Assembly (NCBI GenBank): GCA_963847665.1
Contig: CAWKAO010000003.1
Span: 85,453 to 149,452 of the forward strand
Direction of reading: 5' to 3'
Source: an uncultured Actinomycetes bacterium
Lineage (GTDB): Bacteria > Actinomycetota > Humimicrobiia > Humimicrobiales > Humimicrobiaceae
DNA: 64,000 bases
Position numbers and translations under genes: made by a program. The notes under the pieces were generated by a model, which saw only the letters and a list, made by a program, of their open reading frames with translations, did no database searches and was not told where the DNA came from. Positions 20,700 to 30,386 of the stretch are shown here, piece after piece (positions within the stretch are counted from its first letter, which is position 1; each line of letters begins with the position of its first letter).

Positions 20700-21020
20700 A
20701 ATTATTTCAATAAATATAATTCAGGCTAAAATATATCAAATTATGAAAAGTATTAATACAATAAAATATATAAAAGAGAATTTTTTAATTCATCAATTCA
20801 GTTAAAAAAAAGATGGAATTTCACTAAACTGAATTATTATTTTTTATTTAAAGATCTATAATTAACTTTAAAATTTTAATATATTTTTATATATTTCAGG
20901 TATTATGCTTTATAAGTATCGTCAGTGTTTTATTTGATTCAGATTAAAAAAACAGTATTCCTAATTATTAATATTAAAATTAAATAAACATTTTATTGAT
21001 CAATTTTCAGAAATATCAAG
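20700..21020. promoter_or_regulatory. AT-rich divergent promoter region between the GT4 operon and the ATP-grasp gene. Contains a perfect 9-bp inverted repeat.
   Basis: 321-bp non-coding gap between divergent start codons. The inverted repeat is aattcagtt (20795-20803) / aactgaatt (20827-20835), separated by 23 nt. Confidence 0.3.
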
Positions 21021-22250
21021 ATGAAAAAAATAATGATACTTGGCGCTGGAGATTTCCAGGTCCCCTTGATCAAAGAAGCAAAAAAAATGGGCCTGAACGT
21101 GATCGTTATAGGTCCAAAGGGAGAATATCCGGGGTTTGAACTCGCAGACCAGAAATACTACCTTGATGTAAGAGACAGGGAAAAGATACTGGAATTAGCA
21201 AAAAATAACCATATTGACGGTATAGCCACAGACCAAACGGACTTACCTGTCAGGACTGTGGCATATATCGCTGAAAAATTAGGTTTATATGGAATAGGTT
21301 CAGACACCGCAAATCTATTTTCAGACAAATACCTTATGAGGGAAAAATGCAGAAGTCTGGGTCTACCGGTTTTGAATTATGGACTTTTTAATGATATAAG
21401 CTCCGCAACGAAATATTGTGAAAAATACGGTTTTCCGAAGGTCATAAAACCTGTTGATAACCAGGGAAGCAGAGGGGTTTTTAAAATATATAACATTGAT
21501 GATCTTGAAAAATTTTTTGTACAGGCACAGAATTATTCTTCAAATAACTCTGTCCTTATCGAGGAGTTTATAGATGGTTGGGAATTTGTAGTGGATAGCC
21601 TGACTATAAATCATGAATATAAAAACCTCATAATAGGTGATTCACATCTCTTTAAAATAAGAAATATGTTTATTCCTAAAAAAAGATTATTCCCTACGAT
21701 TGTCGGTAAAGAAACTCAAGATCAAGTCCTTGAAATGGACAGAAAAATAATAAGGGGGTATGGTCTAAGAAATGGGATCACTTTTGCTGAATACATCTGG
21801 GATAAAAAAACCAATAAAATATATTTACTGGAAATAGGGGCCAGAGGACAGGGTGTTTACATATCTTCTGACATAATCCCTGAATTTACCGGATTAAATG
21901 TTAACAGATTTATTTTAAATACGGCGATAAGAAATTCTTATAAAGTCGTGTTGAGTATCAACAAAAAAATATCTGCAGGTTACATGGCTTTTTATCTTCC
22001 CGAAGGAATTGTGACAGATATATCTGGTATAAAAAAACTAAATAAAATTGATGGAGTTATCGGCCATAACTTATATTCAATCAAAAAAAATCAGCAAATT
22101 AGATCTATCGATGATAAATCTGCAAGAAAGACTATAGCTCTTAAGGCTTATAATAGAAAAGAGCTTGATATTTTAATAAATAGAGTTAAATCTATTTTAA
22201 CTATAAAAGTAAAAACACAAAAAGGTTTAAGCTCAATAGTATGGGATTGA
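21021..22250 (+). CDS. ATP-grasp domain carboxylate-amine ligase
   Basis: 409 aa. Pre-ATP-grasp Rossmann N-terminus 'KIMILGAGDFQVPLIKEAKKMGLNVIVIG' followed by an ATP-grasp core ('KPVDNQGSRGVFKI', 'IEEFIDGWEF'). Confidence 0.75.
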   Translation: MKKIMILGAGDFQVPLIKEAKKMGLNVIVIGPKGEYPGFELADQKYYLDVRDREKILELAKNNHIDGIATDQTDLPVRTVAYIAEKLGLYGIGSDTANLFSDKYLMREKCRSLGLPVLNYGLFNDISSATKYCEKYGFPKVIKPVDNQGSRGVFKIYNIDDLEKFFVQAQNYSSNNSVLIEEFIDGWEFVVDSLTINHEYKNLIIGDSHLFKIRNMFIPKKRLFPTIVGKETQDQVLEMDRKIIRGYGLRNGITFAEYIWDKKTNKIYLLEIGARGQGVYISSDIIPEFTGLNVNRFILNTAIRNSYKVVLSINKKISAGYMAFYLPEGIVTDISGIKKLNKIDGVIGHNLYSIKKNQQIRSIDDKSARKTIALKAYNRKELDILINRVKSILTIKVKTQKGLSSIVWD

Positions 22251-22562
22251 TTAAAATAGCATAAACGATCTTTATATTTAATTATAAATCTTATGGTTTT
22301 TAAAGTTTTCCTTAAAAATAACAAATTAAACATATTTTTAATCCTTGTCTATCTTGTTTTACCGTTTATTTTTTTTGAAGGCAGCTTCAGGTTAAACACT
22401 CTTATACAGGGTTTTGCAGATACCAATAACTCACAGATCCCCATTCTTTTACTGAAGATTAATACTATCAAAGCATTACAGTTTCCGTTCTGAAATCCTT
22501 ATGAATTAAACGGGTTTCCATTTTTTGCTAATATTCAGTCTGGTATTTTCTATCCAGTCACA

Positions 22563-24722
22563 TTGGTATTGGGATTAATATTTCCACTCATAACTGCTTA
22601 TAATCTGACAGTATTTCTCAGCTATTCACTTGCAGGTATTTTTATGTACCTCTTTTTAAATGAATATAAATTGGAGAAAGCAGCTAGTTTTACAGCGGGT
22701 CTTATTTTTATGTTCAGCGGTTCACTGATCGCACATAAAAGCCACCTAGTGTTACTCAATACAGTAATCTGGTTACCACTAATTCTGCTTTTCCTGGAGA
22801 AATTTTTCAGATCAAAGAGATTTGAGTTTCTACTTTTAGCATCTATTGTTTACAGCATAGCTTTTTTTGGAGGGGCAATTCATACATTCCTTATCATTTC
22901 TTTGATTTTATTGATTTTTATTGTTTTTAAGGTATTTTTTTCGGACTACGGTAGCAATTATTATTTCCTTTATTCACTTATTATTTTCATAATAGGATTT
23001 TTAATAGTTCTTGCACAGGCACTACCGGCAATCGAGCTTGTATCACTAGCACGAAGTGAAAAACTTTCATATGAGGGATTCACGCTCAATTCATACAATC
23101 CTAAAATGGCTGTCACTTTATTCTTCCCTTATATTTTTGGTTTTAAGCATAATTTGACCAGTGCTTTTTATTATCCCCACTGGTTTGGTTATGATGAAGT
23201 TGGTGAAGTACTTCGTTACTTTGGTATTTTTACCATTCCAGTTTTTATATTTGGTTTCTTCAAAAAAGACAAAAATAAATATTTATGGTTCTTTTTATTG
23301 TTTATTTCGATATTCCTCTTAACCGGTAAATATAATCCACTTTATAAGATAGTATATTATATACCTGTTTTGAATCTATTCCATTTTCCTGCACGCGATT
23401 GGTTGGAATTTAGCTTCGCCTTTGCCATTATCTGTGGATTTGGTTTCAATGACCTGGTCAAAGCCGATAATAAAAAATTTAAAAACATTATATCAGGAAT
23501 TATAATATTCTTTACCTTTGTACTGGCATCATTTTCAGTATTCTATTTCCTGTTTAAATATAGTCTAAAAGATGAGATATCGGGTTTTTTCAGCAGTTTT
23601 TTAAAAAAGGAATTCTTAAGTGAAAGCATAGATATATCAAACTACGCAGTATATATGCCCCTTATTATAATTGGTACTCTAATAGTATTTTTGATCATTT
23701 TCCTATATAAAAGAAATAAAATAACATATGCCCTGCTTATAATATTTATTTTTTTGGACCTTTTATCAGTCGGCAGGGTATATGATGATAATACTAAAAA
23801 CATCATTTTAAATAAATCCGATTATGAAGATGGATTCATATATAAAGAAAACAAGGAAGAATCATTCAGAGTCTTTGTAATAGATGAGATACCCGAAAAG
23901 GATCTGTTTAAACCCAATATGAATGTACAATTTGGCCTGGAAAGTATTGACGGTTACGAGCCGTTATTTTTAAATGATTATTCTGATATGTTTATGAAAA
24001 AATTTATAAATTATGGCTTGATATGGAGTGAAGATTATAAAAAATACTTAATCAATAATAATCTGCTTTCAGTCTCAAACTGCAAATACATAGCTTTGAG
24101 TAAAGAGCACCTGAATGATTATATAAATCATATTAGGGAACAATCAGGTGGAAGTGATAGTGGATTAGAAGATTATGAGATTATTTACGAAGCAAATAGC
24201 AGTATAATACTGGAAAATAAGAAGTATCAGCCAAGGTTTTATTTTGCTGGAAAACTTATAAATGTCCAGAACATAGATGAGGCAAAAGATATAATCTGGG
24301 ATGATAAGGCTGGCGATGTAAAGTTCGATCCTTCATCAGATGTTATTGCCGAAAACATCAATTTTGAAAATACATCCTTTGAAGCACAGAACAACAGGCT
24401 GGAAATAATATCCAGCAAAAACAACAGTATTGAATTGGATATATCTGCACAGGAAAATTCATTTCTTGTATTTTCCGATACTTTTTACCCCGGGTGGAGA
24501 GCTTATGTGGATGGAAAAGAGACAGAGATCTACAGGACAAACGGTCTCTTTAAAGGAATATATATACCTGCAGGCAAACACATGATAGTTTTTAATTTTA
24601 TGCCCAGCCATTTCATTTTATACAGTACGATAAGTCTAATAAGTTTTTCAGGATGTATTTTAACGATAATAATATTAATTGCCAGAAGGAGGAGAAAAAG
24701 TATTTCTATTTCAGGACAATGA
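22563..24722 (+). CDS. YfhO-family GT-C glycosyltransferase (glycopolymer glycosylation type). The N-terminus is probably incomplete.
   Basis: Polytopic membrane protein with the YfhO C-terminal domain 'FYPGWRAYVDGKETEIYRTNGLFKGIYIPAGKHMIVFNF'. The same frame is open upstream from 22293 except for a single TGA at 22491-22493. Confidence 0.7.
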   Translation: MVLGLIFPLITAYNLTVFLSYSLAGIFMYLFLNEYKLEKAASFTAGLIFMFSGSLIAHKSHLVLLNTVIWLPLILLFLEKFFRSKRFEFLLLASIVYSIAFFGGAIHTFLIISLILLIFIVFKVFFSDYGSNYYFLYSLIIFIIGFLIVLAQALPAIELVSLARSEKLSYEGFTLNSYNPKMAVTLFFPYIFGFKHNLTSAFYYPHWFGYDEVGEVLRYFGIFTIPVFIFGFFKKDKNKYLWFFLLFISIFLLTGKYNPLYKIVYYIPVLNLFHFPARDWLEFSFAFAIICGFGFNDLVKADNKKFKNIISGIIIFFTFVLASFSVFYFLFKYSLKDEISGFFSSFLKKEFLSESIDISNYAVYMPLIIIGTLIVFLIIFLYKRNKITYALLIIFIFLDLLSVGRVYDDNTKNIILNKSDYEDGFIYKENKEESFRVFVIDEIPEKDLFKPNMNVQFGLESIDGYEPLFLNDYSDMFMKKFINYGLIWSEDYKKYLINNNLLSVSNCKYIALSKEHLNDYINHIREQSGGSDSGLEDYEIIYEANSSIILENKKYQPRFYFAGKLINVQNIDEAKDIIWDDKAGDVKFDPSSDVIAENINFENTSFEAQNNRLEIISSKNNSIELDISAQENSFLVFSDTFYPGWRAYVDGKETEIYRTNGLFKGIYIPAGKHMIVFNFMPSHFILYSTISLISFSGCILTIIILIARRRRKSISISGQ

Positions 24723-25694
24723 TATTTTCTTTCTTTTACCAGTGAAGATAAATGGCAAGCCTACGATACCGGTTATTACACTCACAGAAAAAATATATAG
24801 TGAAAGTGCTGTTGCTGATTCTGCAGATAGTCCATATTGACCTAGGATTGAAATATATGATATCTCCCTTAACCCTATACCTGAAATAGAGATCGGTATC
24901 ACGGTTATAAACCACACTATACAACTTGAAATGCTTATATCAAAAAAGGATAACCTGATACCAATAGAATAAGCAATGAGATAATTAATTGCAAAAAAAA
25001 TAGTATGTATAACAAAACTTAAAAAAAAGAGCATAAATAAAAATCCGGGGATTTTTTAAATAAAACTTTATGATCTCATCAATCAGAATAAAAGTCTCCT
25101 TTATTTTAATAATGATCTTTTTATCCGTCTTCCATTTTTTAAGAATCCTTTTAATATCGCCCCTTTTAACAAATAATATCAACAGGATCGACAATATACA
25201 GATGGATAGAAAAATACACCAGACTATTAGTTTTATTTTTAATTGAAAAAAGGGCTCAGTGAGAAAGCAGCAACCCCTAGAATAAATAATGAAAGAAAAC
25301 CTATCGTACGGTCAAAAAAAATCGATAAAATATTCCTTGTCTTGTTATAAGAAGTGTCGCTTCCCACCCAGACAGCTTTTACAATATCCCCTCCAAGAGC
25401 CCCTGGCATAACAAGGTTAAAGGTCGAGGACATCATCATGTACCTGAAATAATCCCAATTACTTAACTGCCTGAGGTCATCTGTATTTACGAGCTTCCAC
25501 CTTATACCATTCAGCCAGACTCTTAAGATTGACATTAAAACAGAGACGGCCAGAATCCAAAAGGAGATTTTTTTTAACGTATTGAAAAGTATTCCAAAAT
25601 CAACCTTATAAATAAGGAAAACAACAGAAGCAGCTAATACCAGTATTCTCAAAAATATGAAAATCAGCTTTTTTGTTTTGCCCTGCATAACCAT
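24711..25694 (-). pseudogene. Flippase-like (LPG-synthase TM-region / UPF0104 family) membrane protein, split across three frames
   Basis: The N-terminal fragment (25239-25694, 'ILRVWLNGIRWKLV...PGALGGD') and C-terminal fragment (24711-25034) are bridged by a third-frame ORF (24985-25194). Same architecture as the intact paralog at 60234-61274. Confidence 0.5.
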
Positions 25695-25717
25695 GAATGA
25701 AATCCGTTATGGTATTT

Positions 25718-26870
25718 TTATATTTCTTTTATATGGTAGCCCGTTTTTTCAAACCAACCATTGGAGTCTCTTACAATTTCACCGGGTTCGTAATAAAACT
25801 GGAATTCAAGGCATGATCCTTGATCGAAACCATCAGGAATATTGAACGCTTCACCTGGTCTCTGGTGAAAGAACTCGATCTGGTATCTTTTATCTATTTG
25901 CTCTGAAATGACTGGAATTTGCTTTTCTGAAGTGATTTTACCCAGCAATCTGTCGATATTCAAGCCCAGTAAATCGATCCCATACCTGTATTTTATGATC
26001 TTCCATATATGTCCACCATCAAACCTCGGGGCAGCCTCTATAAGATTAAATTCCCCATCGTTATATTTGCCCTGCATATATATGCAACCATTTTTAATTT
26101 TTGATATTATAATAAAATTTTTAACAAATTCCACGATCTTTTCTTGATCCTTCGGTGGTATTTCACTTGGAATGATATGATTTTTTAACAACTCCGACAG
26201 GCATATCAGGTCGTATTATCTCCGGTATACTTTCCTCTACAAGTATCCTGTCACTTATGAATGTAAAAAGTGCGATCCCCCGATAGACAAAAACAAGTAT
26301 ATTAAATTCACTGCCATTTAAAAATTCTTCGACTATCACTTTTTAAAACCTGGATTGTGCACTGCACCTTAAATAAATATTTTACAGTTCGCTGCTTGCC
26401 TGTGACTTTTCTTACTCCACGCTGTCCCTGGCTGTTAACAGGTTTTATTATTGCAGGAAATTTATCCCATTTTTCAAAATCCGCAGTTTAGAACCAGTCT
26501 TATATTTTACTGGTCTGAGATTATTGGCTATTCAAAAATCTTCGGAAATCTCCCTTATTTATAAACATTTGGACCTGATCTAATCAAAGTCAAATGGCAG
26601 ACCAAGCTTCCTCAGACACTTCTGCTATTGCCGGCATTGCAATATCAGAACCAGTGGAATAGACAAGATCAAAATTATTTTTTTTGTATAATCAAGAACT
26701 GATTTTATATCTGTAATATTTATCTGCTCAAAATGGTCAATAAACGGGAGTGCCATACCCTCTTTTTGCCAGCTTAAACCGTGGACTTTAAATCCCTGTT
26801 TTTTGAAATAAAGGATCGCATCGATCTGGGGATGTGTTATACCAAGTATCAAGACTTTTTTAGAATCCAT
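25718..26870 (-). pseudogene. Decayed paralog of the ATP-grasp ligase
   Basis: N-terminal fragment (26625-26870, 'KKVLILGITHPQIDAILYFKKQGFKV') and C-terminal fragment (25718-26191, ATP-grasp C-domain). The intervening 26192-26624 translates to 'IKPVNSQGQRGV...', matching 'IKPVDNQGSRGV' of the 21021 gene, but is riddled with stops and frame changes. Confidence 0.6.
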
Positions 26871-26891
26871 TTTTTACTTTTAGCTCTGCAC

Positions 26892-27648
26892 TCATATCTC
26901 CAGATTATTATAAAGCTTTTTCCAGAGTTTCATAAATTCCACTGTTTCTGGCATCCTTGGTATTTCCAATGAATTTTGCATAAATAGCCTGATTTTTGCG
27001 GGTATCTGTGAAAGAACCATTATTTTATTTCCAAGTATGATTGACTCCTGTATATTATGTGTAATAAAAACAATCGTTGTCTCAGTTTTCTGCCATATTT
27101 CGATCAGTTCATTTTGAAGGGTATTACGGGTCTGTGCATCTAGTGCCCCAAATGGTTCATCCATCAATAGGATTTTAGGTTTTATAGCAAATGCTCTTGC
27201 AATCGCCACTCTCTGACGCATTCCACCTGAAAGCTGGCGTGGATAAGCATTTTTAAATCCTGATAATTTTACCATCTCCAGAAAATGCAGGGCTATTTCC
27301 AATCTCTCTGCTTTTTTTAACTTCCTGAATTTAAGGTTTAGGGGATAAATTATATTCTCAAGAACTGTCTTCCAGTGAAAAAGTTGATCATAACCCTGGA
27401 AAACCATTATCCTGTCAGGTCCTGGTTTGTTTACAGGTATTGCCCTCGACTTTAATATTGCCTTCGTCTTTTTTTTCAAAGCAGCTTATACATCTTAGTA
27501 AAGTGGTCTTGCCACAACCTGATGGTCCCAGTACAGTCAGGAAGTCGCCATATTCAAGAGCAAGCGATACGCCATTTAGTACAACTAATGTCTTGTTGTT
27601 TATGGTGAACTTCTTTTTTAGATCTTCTATTTCAAGTACAAATCCCAT
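26892..27648 (-). pseudogene. ABC transporter ATP-binding protein (NitT/TauT family, SsuB/TauB-like) with a frameshift
   Basis: The Walker A fragment (27415-27648, 'GPSGCGKTT') and the Q-loop/signature/Walker B fragment (26892-27479, 'LSGGMRQRVAIARA', 'ILLMDEPFGALD') overlap in different frames. The junction is near 27440, where a 1-nt indel converts 'KVEG|IPVNKPGPDRIMVFQ'. Confidence 0.6.
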
Positions 27649-28437
27649 TCAATCAGAGATCCCCCATTTTATAATGGTCCTTTTTTCAACCTGTTTCATC
27701 AAAACTTCTTCGATCATTATTCCAATAATCACTATTACAAAAAGACCTGCAAATACGTCGGGTATTTCAAGGAAATACCTTTTCTGATATATATACCATC
27801 CCAGTCCACCTATCAGACCAGTAGCTCCAAATACCATTTCAGCCCCCACCAGTGCCCTCCAGCTCCTGGACCATGCTATTTTTAGACCTGAAAAAATATG
27901 AGGGAAAGCATTGGGTATCATCACTGAAAAAACAAGATGTAATTCTGACATGCCCAGACTCCTGCCCAATTCTATCTGCGTTTTAGGTACCGTGCGAAAT
28001 CCTGCAATTGAATTTACAATCACCGGCCAAATAACAGAATGGACGATGATTATTATTATTGCTTTTGCTCCCAACCCGACAATAAGCATTACTATCGGTA
28101 AAAGCGCAATACCGGGAAGTGGGTGCATTATGGATATTACCAGGTCAAGGATATGCGCAAAACTTTTATTGACCATATAAAATGCTGTCAGGATGAAAGC
28201 AGCGATCATACCGATCGCAATACCAGTAAATATTAGATACAAGGAATAGAGCGTATACTTTATGATCTCGCCTGAAATGATATTTTTCCACAATGCAACA
28301 AAAATAATAGATACGGGGGGTATAAGATTTGTTGAAGAAATAACAAACCTGGCCAGAAGTTCCCAAATTAAAAATACTGAAGCCAAAAATCCAAGCTTTA
28401 TAAATATTCCGGAGTATTTTTTCCTAAATGAAACCAT
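27649..28437 (-). CDS. ABC transporter permease (NitT/TauT family, SsuC/TauC-like)
   Basis: 262 aa, 6 TM segments, with the EAA-like loop 'ELGRSLGMSELHLVFSVMIPNAFPHI'. Confidence 0.8.
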   Translation of the reverse strand: MVSFRKKYSGIFIKLGFLASVFLIWELLARFVISSTNLIPPVSIIFVALWKNIISGEIIKYTLYSLYLIFTGIAIGMIAAFILTAFYMVNKSFAHILDLVISIMHPLPGIALLPIVMLIVGLGAKAIIIIIVHSVIWPVIVNSIAGFRTVPKTQIELGRSLGMSELHLVFSVMIPNAFPHIFSGLKIAWSRSWRALVGAEMVFGATGLIGGLGWYIYQKRYFLEIPDVFAGLFVIVIIGIMIEEVLMKQVEKRTIIKWGISD

Positions 28438-28485
28438 TCCAAGAATTCATTTTCTTCAAATATAGCCTGATAATAACGTATTAAT

Positions 28486-29463
28486 TCAATTTGCTTTCGA
28501 AGGATCAAGGTTATCCCAGATAAGTTCCGAGACATCTGTGGTTGTCTTCTGGACATAATCCGAGCTTTTCATAAAATCCAGAAACTTCAACATACCTTCT
28601 GGATTTTTAGAAAAAACCACTCCAGGCCATGTCAATTGCTTATATACTTCTTCACTTTCAAGGTCCATATCTTCTGCAAGCAATTTTGCTGCTTCTTCTG
28701 GATTTTCATTTATCCAATTTATTGAGTCATCAAGAGCTGAATCAATCGCTTTATAAAGGGAAGGGTTGCTGTTTTTAAATTTTTCAGTGCTGATGACAAC
28801 TAAAAAAGTAAATTGGGAGCCAAAGCAATCTTTTTCAGCATCAAGTACCTGATGTATGCTCTTATCTTCAAGCTCCATAAAAATATAGGGAGGTGATGTA
28901 AAATGAGCATCTATCTCTATCTTATTGATAAGAGCATTTGCTGCGTCTGGATGTGCCATCGCGACAATCTGATTATCAAGAGCTTTTGGGTCACCAAGCT
29001 GTTGTTTACATGCCATAGATAGGAGGATATGCTGGATACTTCCCGGCCCGGGTAGGGCTATCTTCATTTCTGGCTTTATATCATTGAGTGTCTTTATTTC
29101 TTCGTGATATGTCTGTAAACCAAGCGGCATCTTACATAGGGCTCCTAATACCTTAACGCCCAGATCTTTATTCCAGGATATTAAAAAAGGTGGAACACCC
29201 ATACTGCCGATATCGACTGCTCCGGATGCTATTGCTTCATTTATCGTCCCGCCCGATCCTAACTGGACCCATTCCACCTCAGCTCCCTCATAATATTTTT
29301 CAATAAGGTTTTTCTTTTGCATTATCATAAGAGGAGCATACCCCAGTCCGAATTGTTGAGCTATTACTACTTTTTGTGATTCCTGGGCAGCAGACTTGCA
29401 TCCCGGTAAAACAAAGATTAATATAAAAAAAATAACTAAAAAAATTATAGAATATTTCCTCAC
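28486..29463 (-). CDS. ABC transporter substrate-binding lipoprotein (NMT1/SsuA/TauA-like)
   Basis: Signal peptide with lipobox 'LPGC'. Periplasmic-binding-protein type II fold features. Confidence 0.7.
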   Translation of the reverse strand: MRKYSIIFLVIFFILIFVLPGCKSAAQESQKVVIAQQFGLGYAPLMIMQKKNLIEKYYEGAEVEWVQLGSGGTINEAIASGAVDIGSMGVPPFLISWNKDLGVKVLGALCKMPLGLQTYHEEIKTLNDIKPEMKIALPGPGSIQHILLSMACKQQLGDPKALDNQIVAMAHPDAANALINKIEIDAHFTSPPYIFMELEDKSIHQVLDAEKDCFGSQFTFLVVISTEKFKNSNPSLYKAIDSALDDSINWINENPEEAAKLLAEDMDLESEEVYKQLTWPGVVFSKNPEGMLKFLDFMKSSDYVQKTTTDVSELIWDNLDPSKAN

Positions 29464-29685
29464 AAGAACACTCCTTGGATTTAATTTTTTTAATCTGAAA
29501 AATTATATCATTTGTAAATAATTTTATAAATACTTTATTCATTAATCAGAGGATCTGATTACTAGTTAATGGTTTTTAAGTATTAAATATTTTTATTCTT
29601 TGCTAAAATGCCATAGAACACAATTTTTAAATTTGACTATATCTTTATATATTAAAATGCTGGATTATAAGAAGGATAAAACTCC

Positions 29686-30357
29686 TTGGGGTCAGTAGAT
29701 ATATTGGGATTCAGTCCAGGTTTTATCAGTATGGTAATTACTGTGCTTATAAAATGCTACGGCAAGGATCTGAACATCCGAATAATAAAAAATATTGCCA
29801 TTGAGGGAAATATCCCTTACAAAATATCCGGACCTGCTTATGATACGATAATGCACACTGAATGGGACGCGGGACACGTCTACAATCGAAAAAATTTTCT
29901 TGGTGTCGGTAATGTATTATCAAAAAAAACAGTATTTGATTTTTTTTATAAAAACTATTCACTGGATTTCAAAATGTATTGCAATATTATTCATCCAGGT
30001 GCAGATATCGCAGAAAATATAAAAATAGGATTTGGAAATTTTCTTAATTATGGTGTAACTATTGGCCCGTTTTCTGAAATAGGTAATTTCGTCACTTTTA
30101 ACAGACACGTCGGTATTGGTCACCATACTCAGATATCGGATTTTTGTGTAATAAATCCAGGGGTCAATATTGCAGGTTTTTGTGAAATTGGAGAGGGTTC
30201 GTCTATAGGTATGGGTTCAAACATTATAGATGGAATAAAAATCGGTAAAAACGTTATAATCGGCGCGGGTTCACTAGTAAATAAGGACATAGAAGATAAT
30301 GTTGTAGCATATGGAATTCCCGCAAAAACCATCAGGGTAAATGACCAAATAAAGTAA
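29686..30357 (+). CDS. Sugar N/O-acetyltransferase of the NeuD/PglD/WeeI family (left-handed beta-helix)
   Basis: N-terminal alpha/beta domain followed by hexapeptide repeats: 'IGEGSSIGMGSNIIDGIKIGKNVIIGAGSLVNKDIEDNVVAYGIPAK'. Confidence 0.7.
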   Translation: MGSVDILGFSPGFISMVITVLIKCYGKDLNIRIIKNIAIEGNIPYKISGPAYDTIMHTEWDAGHVYNRKNFLGVGNVLSKKTVFDFFYKNYSLDFKMYCNIIHPGADIAENIKIGFGNFLNYGVTIGPFSEIGNFVTFNRHVGIGHHTQISDFCVINPGVNIAGFCEIGEGSSIGMGSNIIDGIKIGKNVIIGAGSLVNKDIEDNVVAYGIPAKTIRVNDQIK

Positions 30358-30386
30358 AAATTTTTATCTTAAATTGAATATCAGAA

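Noticed and set aside
22491-22493. Possible TGA recoding (alternative genetic code)
   Set aside because: TGA terminates several well-supported genes in the window (850-852, 22248-22250, 24720-24722). Standard code is assumed.
26192-26624. Apparent non-coding gap of about 430 bp
   Set aside because: The minus-strand translation aligns with the middle of the ATP-grasp ligase ('IKPVNSQGQRGV'). This is the decayed interior of a pseudogene, not intergenic or regulatory DNA.
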